Of a stretch of DNA of 64,000 nt, positions 57,396-64,000 are shown in pieces. Numbering within the stretch: the first letter of the stretch is position 1; each line of letters begins with the position of its first letter. The position numbers were made by a program, and so were the translations under genes. The notes below the pieces were generated by a model. It was not told where the DNA came from, searched no databases, and was given only the letters and a program-made list of their open reading frames with translations. The stretch lies in assembly GCA_963825555.1 (NCBI GenBank), contig CAWGTZ010000011.1:89301-153300 (forward strand). Direction: 5' to 3'. This stretch comes from an uncultured Alphaproteobacteria bacterium. GTDB taxonomy: Bacteria > Pseudomonadota > Alphaproteobacteria > Rhizobiales > Hyphomicrobiaceae.

Positions 57396-58934
57396 TCAGT
57401 CGATTGCTGTATCTTGATTAATGCCGTCTCGCGCGATCTGCAGGATTCTCTGGCGCCACTCATCATCAAGCGGCTCCCTGGAACGAAGTCGCACCATGAC
57501 GTCGTCATTCCGGACAACTACGCTCCTGATGGCGCGTTCGGCGTGCGCGATCTTCTCGACTGCTATCGAGTCCAGCACGCCGTTCGTAATGGCCAAAAGA
57601 ACTGCTATCTGCTCGGGAACCGTCAAAAGATCGCGTTCGCCCTGCTTCAGAATCTCGCGCACGCGACGGCCCCGCTCGATAGCGCGGCGCGTGTCCTCGT
57701 CGAGCCGTGTCGCAAAGCGGGCAAATGCCTCCTGCTCCTCGAATTGCGCGTACGCCAACTTAAGGTTCTGAGCCACTGTCCGGTAAGCCGGCAATTGCGC
57801 CTTGCCGCCAACCCGGGAAACAGAGCGTCCAATATCGACGGCCGGGAGAACGCCCTTCTGGAATAGTTGAGGCGAGAGATAGATCTGACCGTCCGTGATC
57901 GAAATGAGGTTAGTCGGGATATAGGCTGAGATATTGCCGGCCTGCGTCTCAACGATGGGCAGCGCCGTGATGGACCCGCCGCCTCTGTCCTTAGAAAGAT
58001 GGGTCACCCTTTCGAGCAGGCGTGCATGAATATAGAAGATGTCGCCGGGATAGGCCTCGCGCCCCGGTGGCCGCCGTAGAAGAAGGGAGAGCTCACGGTA
58101 GGCGCGGGCATGCCGGGTCAGGTCGTCGTAGACGATGAGCACATCCCGTCCCTGGTACATGAAGTGCTCGGCCATCGTCGTGGCGGCATACGGTGCAATG
58201 TACTGCAGGCCGGGCTGGTCCTCGCCCGATGTCGCGACAACGACTGTGTTGGCCAATACGCCGGCCGCCTTTAGTCGGCGAATGACTTGAGCCGTTGCCG
58301 TCGCCCGCTGTCCAATAGAGCAATAAATCCCGATGATCCCGCTCCTGCGCTGGTTGGCGAGTGCGGCCATGGCTATCGCCGTCTTGCCGGTCTGGCGATC
58401 GCCGAGGATCAACTCCCGTTGGCCCTTACCAATAGGGATCGTCGCATCGATGGCCTTGATGCCCGTCTGGACGGGTTCGCTGACGGGCGCGCGTTCCATG
58501 ATATCGGGGGCCCGCCGTTCGGTGGGGTTCCAGGCGGCCACGCGAAGAGTGGGCCCACCATCGAGTGGGCGCCCTAGAGGATCCACGACGCGCCCCAGAA
58601 GATCGTTGCCGACCGGCGTCGTCACAGGCTGATACGTCCGGTAGGCATGATCACCCGTACGTAATCCCTTTCCAGAGCCGAGCAGCATCACGCCGGTCTC
58701 GTTCCGGTTGATGCTCATTGCAATGGCGTTCAGTCCACCGGGCAGTCGAATGAGCTCATTGGCCCGAACGTCGGTGAAGCCGACGATATGCGCGATTTCA
58801 CTGGTCAGGGTTGCAACCGTTCCAATTTCCTTCACCCCCCAGCGGGGTGGTTCGCAATCGATGATCCGCTCGAGATCCGCCAAGATTGCAGACGGTAGCT
58901 TTCCAATATGCGCTCTACCAGACGACGAAGTCAC
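57396..58934 (-). CDS. atpA: N-type ATPase alpha subunit
   Basis: Walker [10 protein letters not shown], the DDLTRHA-like motif [33 protein letters not shown]. 512 aa. Confidence 0.9.
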   Translation of the reverse strand: MTSSSGRAHIGKLPSAILADLERIIDCEPPRWGVKEIGTVATLTSEIAHIVGFTDVRANELIRLPGGLNAIAMSINRNETGVMLLGSGKGLRTGDHAYRTYQPVTTPVGNDLLGRVVDPLGRPLDGGPTLRVAAWNPTERRAPDIMERAPVSEPVQTGIKAIDATIPIGKGQRELILGDRQTGKTAIAMAALANQRRSGIIGIYCSIGQRATATAQVIRRLKAAGVLANTVVVATSGEDQPGLQYIAPYAATTMAEHFMYQGRDVLIVYDDLTRHARAYRELSLLLRRPPGREAYPGDIFYIHARLLERVTHLSKDRGGGSITALPIVETQAGNISAYIPTNLISITDGQIYLSPQLFQKGVLPAVDIGRSVSRVGGKAQLPAYRTVAQNLKLAYAQFEEQEAFARFATRLDEDTRRAIERGRRVREILKQGERDLLTVPEQIAVLLAITNGVLDSIAVEKIAHAERAIRSVVVRNDDVMVRLRSREPLDDEWRQRILQIARDGINQDTAID

Positions 58935-59719
58935 GATGCCGCCCTCCGGCCGGAACCCGTCTCGGCGTCGCGAATGTCATCCCGTGCCTTCTGTTCGATC
59001 TGATCGAGGTAGCTCTCCAAACTCCAGGCAACCGTCTGCCCCGCGATCCTCACGCGAATCCCGCAGATGAGATCCTGGCTTGTCTCATAGCGAACCTCGA
59101 TATTCGGACTGATTACGCCATGTACGACTGCGGTGATGCGTTTCCGGGTCTCCTCGGAAAGCGGAAAGCTGCTATCTATTAGGGCGGCTTCGCTGGAGCG
59201 GCGGGCGGCGGCCCGCAACTTGTCCAGCTGCGCGGCATCGAGATCGGGCAAACGATCGGCAAATCCGTCTGCCATGGCGTCGCTCAGCGTCTTATTGGCC
59301 AATCCGCCCAGCGCATCGCGCGCAAGCGTATAAAAATGCTCGATCGCGCGCTGCCGCAAGTCCGCGATGAACTCCTCCTTTTCCGCATCTATTTCCGCGC
59401 GCCAAGTGGCGCGGCGTCCTTCCATATCTTCTCTCAGTTCCTTCTCCAGTTTCCGCCGCAGCGCCTCAACCTCTGCCTTGGCCTCTGTGAGTAGGTCGCT
59501 GCGGCGGGCGTCGAGATCTGCACGCTCCGCCGACAGCTTTCTGGCCTCTTCCCCGGCTAGCTTTTTCGTCTGGGCTGCATCGTCGAGCCGCTGCTTGATG
59601 TTCTTTTCTCGTCTTTCCATCGCTGACGTAATTGGCTCATACAGGAAGTGCTGCAGGAGCCAGACGAGAACGAGGAAGTTGACGATCTGGGCAACGACGG
59701 TGAACCAATCGATTGACAA
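58931..59719 (-). CDS. atpF: N-type ATPase long b subunit (b/delta-like)
   Basis: N-terminal TM segment [18 protein letters not shown], then a long charged coiled-coil. 262 aa. No separate delta gene is present in the operon. Confidence 0.8.
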   Translation of the reverse strand: MSIDWFTVVAQIVNFLVLVWLLQHFLYEPITSAMERREKNIKQRLDDAAQTKKLAGEEARKLSAERADLDARRSDLLTEAKAEVEALRRKLEKELREDMEGRRATWRAEIDAEKEEFIADLRQRAIEHFYTLARDALGGLANKTLSDAMADGFADRLPDLDAAQLDKLRAAARRSSEAALIDSSFPLSEETRKRITAVVHGVISPNIEVRYETSQDLICGIRVRIAGQTVAWSLESYLDQIEQKARDDIRDAETGSGRRAAS

Positions 59720-59722
59720 GAC

Positions 59723-60001
59723 CTACCCTCCCGCCTTCGAAGCAACGGCCTCCCAAAATGGGTTGGCGAATATGAGGATGAGGGTCACCACGAAGCAGTA
59801 GATGGCTGTTGATTCGATCATGGCAAGACTGACGAACAGGGTCCGCGTGATGGTGTTCGCCTCGTCGGGCTGCTGTGCGATCGACTGCAAGGCTTGCGCC
59901 GCGGCCCGTGCCTCGCCAAGAGCCGGGGCAATCGAGCCGACAGCGATGGTGAGCCCCGCAGTGAAGATCGAAACGGCTGCGATAATGGTTTGTGCATCCA
60001 T
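59723..60001 (-). CDS. atpE: N-type ATPase c subunit
   Basis: Hairpin proteolipid with loop QQPD. Helix 2 reads AMIESTAIY and helix 1 reads ALGEARAA. Confidence 0.85.
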   Translation of the reverse strand: MDAQTIIAAVSIFTAGLTIAVGSIAPALGEARAAAQALQSIAQQPDEANTITRTLFVSLAMIESTAIYCFVVTLILIFANPFWEAVASKAGG

Positions 60002-60025
60002 ATGGCGGATCCTTTCCTGGAAAGT

Positions 60026-60733
60026 TCAATGGGACGTCGGCTTGCCATTCGCCCCCTTATTCTGCTGTTCCGAAGCTTGAGTAGCCGATGCGATGTAGAC
60101 CATTGCGAGCACGGCGAAGATGTAGGCCTGGATCAGTCCCGTGAGCAGGCCCAGCAGCGAGAGCAGGATCGGGAAAAGGAAAGGCGCGATCGAAATCAGA
60201 ATGGCCGCGATGACTGTACCGCTCATGACATTGCCATACAGACGGATCGCAAGAGCGATGGTCCGCGAGAGTTCTCCGATAATGTTGAAGGGCAACATGA
60301 AGATGGTAGGCCGAATATAGTTGTGCAGGTATCCAGCCAGCCCTTTTTGGGCAACACCGTAGAGCGGGACCGCGACCAACACGCAAAGGGCAAGTGCCGT
60401 GGTGGTGGATAGCGAGCCTGTCGGCGGCATGTACCCGGGAACAATGGCGAGGAGGTTCGCCGTGGCGATGAAGATGAATAAGGTCCCAACAAAGGCAAGG
60501 TAGCGTCCAGGATCGTGGCGACTCACCTCGGCAATCTGCTGGCGCATCTCGGAAACGAGCACTTCGAGCAGTGTCTGCCAACGCGACGGCACAAGCGTAT
60601 CGGATACGCCCCGTGTCGCAAGGATCGCAATCGTGACCACAACGGCCATGACGACCCACGTCATCACAATCGTTGCGTTGAGACTGAGACCGGCAAATTC
60701 CAGGAGAACGAGGCTATCGGGCGATATTCTCAT
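60026..60733 (-). CDS. atpB: N-type ATPase a subunit
   Basis: 235-aa polytopic protein with ELSRTIALAIRLYGNVMSG (stator Arg region). Confidence 0.85.
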   Translation of the reverse strand: MRISPDSLVLLEFAGLSLNATIVMTWVVMAVVVTIAILATRGVSDTLVPSRWQTLLEVLVSEMRQQIAEVSRHDPGRYLAFVGTLFIFIATANLLAIVPGYMPPTGSLSTTTALALCVLVAVPLYGVAQKGLAGYLHNYIRPTIFMLPFNIIGELSRTIALAIRLYGNVMSGTVIAAILISIAPFLFPILLSLLGLLTGLIQAYIFAVLAMVYIASATQASEQQNKGANGKPTSH

Positions 60734-61035
60734 GGCTGGCCATCCCTTGGCCCGTTGAGGAGGGATTCATGTCGGGAAAGGACGAGTGCGCGCACGCCCA
60801 TGAACCCGGCCAAAGCCGAGAGCATCACCAGCGCTCCTGCCTTTGTGGCGACGAGAGCGGCACCAGCGGCAACGAGCAAAGCCAGCCGCAGGACCTTGCC
60901 TGCCGCCCACGGCATCAGAACGCCTCTACGTACGGAGGCTTCGACGGACATCCATAGCAGCTTGAAATGAAGGGCGCCGAACGCAATTCCGGCCAGCGCG
61001 CCGAGTGCTATCGATCCGGCAGTGAAATCAGTCAT
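60730..61035 (-). CDS. atpR: N-ATPase-specific small membrane subunit AtpR
   Basis: About 100-aa hydrophobic protein (MTDFTAGSIALGALAGIAFGALHF...) at the fourth position of the operon. Its stop overlaps the atpB start (ATGA). Confidence 0.65.
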   Translation of the reverse strand: MTDFTAGSIALGALAGIAFGALHFKLLWMSVEASVRRGVLMPWAAGKVLRLALLVAAGAALVATKAGALVMLSALAGFMGVRALVLSRHESLLNGPRDGQP

Positions 61036-61332
61036 GGCGACTCTCCCGTTGAACCCAGTACCAAGCGTTCCAACAGCCCAGGACGACACCTGCAAGCAGC
61101 AAGGCGACGGTCCAGGAGAAGCGGGCAGGTGCGGCCTTATCAAGCCATTGGCCCAAGACGATGCCGAGGAGCGTGGGAACTGCAATTGCCCATCCCACAA
61201 GTCCAAACATCCCGAGCCCGAACCAGACTTGGTGGCGACCTTCCCGCCGCGCCCTCTCCTTTCTTGCCGCCCGCGAACCGATGGCCTCTGCGGCCTCTTC
61301 GCGATGAGACGCCTTTTCTTCCGGTGTCTGTT

Positions 61333-61336
<4 letters not shown>
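61028..61336 (-). CDS. atpQ: N-ATPase-specific small membrane subunit AtpQ (AtpZ/AtpI-like)
   Basis: 102 aa: a charged N-terminus, then WFGLGMFGLVGWAIAVPTLLGIVLGQWLD and a second TM helix. It overlaps both neighbours. Confidence 0.65.

Positions 61337-64000
<2,664 letters not shown>

Overview
This is a GC-rich, densely coding chromosomal segment. Its gene content looks alphaproteobacterial (Rhizobiales-like), which is an inference. I saw no rRNA, tRNA, CRISPR array, transposase or integrase.

Gene content from left to right:
- a FIST (NosP-like) sensor pair
- a heavy-metal RND efflux operon with His-rich accessory proteins
- a small cytochrome c, a hypothetical gene, an EEP-family nuclease/phosphatase and a stand-alone CarH/AerR-like B12-binding protein
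- an archaeal-type SAM synthetase followed by a Prim-Pol
- a divergent beta-CASP nuclease, Lon-like protease and USP-like module
- a run of stress genes: tandem USP, CPBP protease, DUF2267, AI-2E permease, an HPF fused to a cold-shock domain, and a CBS protein
- two SLC13/TrkA-C permeases
- a second RND pump
- four tandem paralogous monoheme cytochromes c
- the NAGGN osmoprotectant operon (asnO-ngg-M42) with a divergent MarR
- a translationally coupled otsB-GH15-otsA-glk trehalose operon
- hsp20, a NUDIX hydrolase and a frameshifted TPP enzyme
- eptA plus a soluble lipid kinase
- a complete N-type ATPase operon (atpDCQRBEFAG) preceded by a class II glutamine amidotransferase

Main hunt results:
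1. Three perfect TTGA-N6-TCAA (FNR/FixK-type) palindromes and several near matches lie in front of stress genes. This suggests one hypoxia/dormancy-style regulon.
2. The archaeal MAT + Prim-Pol pair sits beside a Lon-like protease with a degenerate P-loop.
3. There is a four-gene cytochrome c paralog array.
4. The metal-efflux adaptor looks like a gene fusion whose N-domain is duplicated as a stand-alone gene.
5. The N-ATPase c subunit carries an E...ESTxxY ion site, and an unexpected amidotransferase is coupled to atpD.
6. Two intergenic gaps of about 670 nt remain unexplained.

All family calls come from reading the translations and motifs by eye. No searches were run. Many start codons are uncertain.
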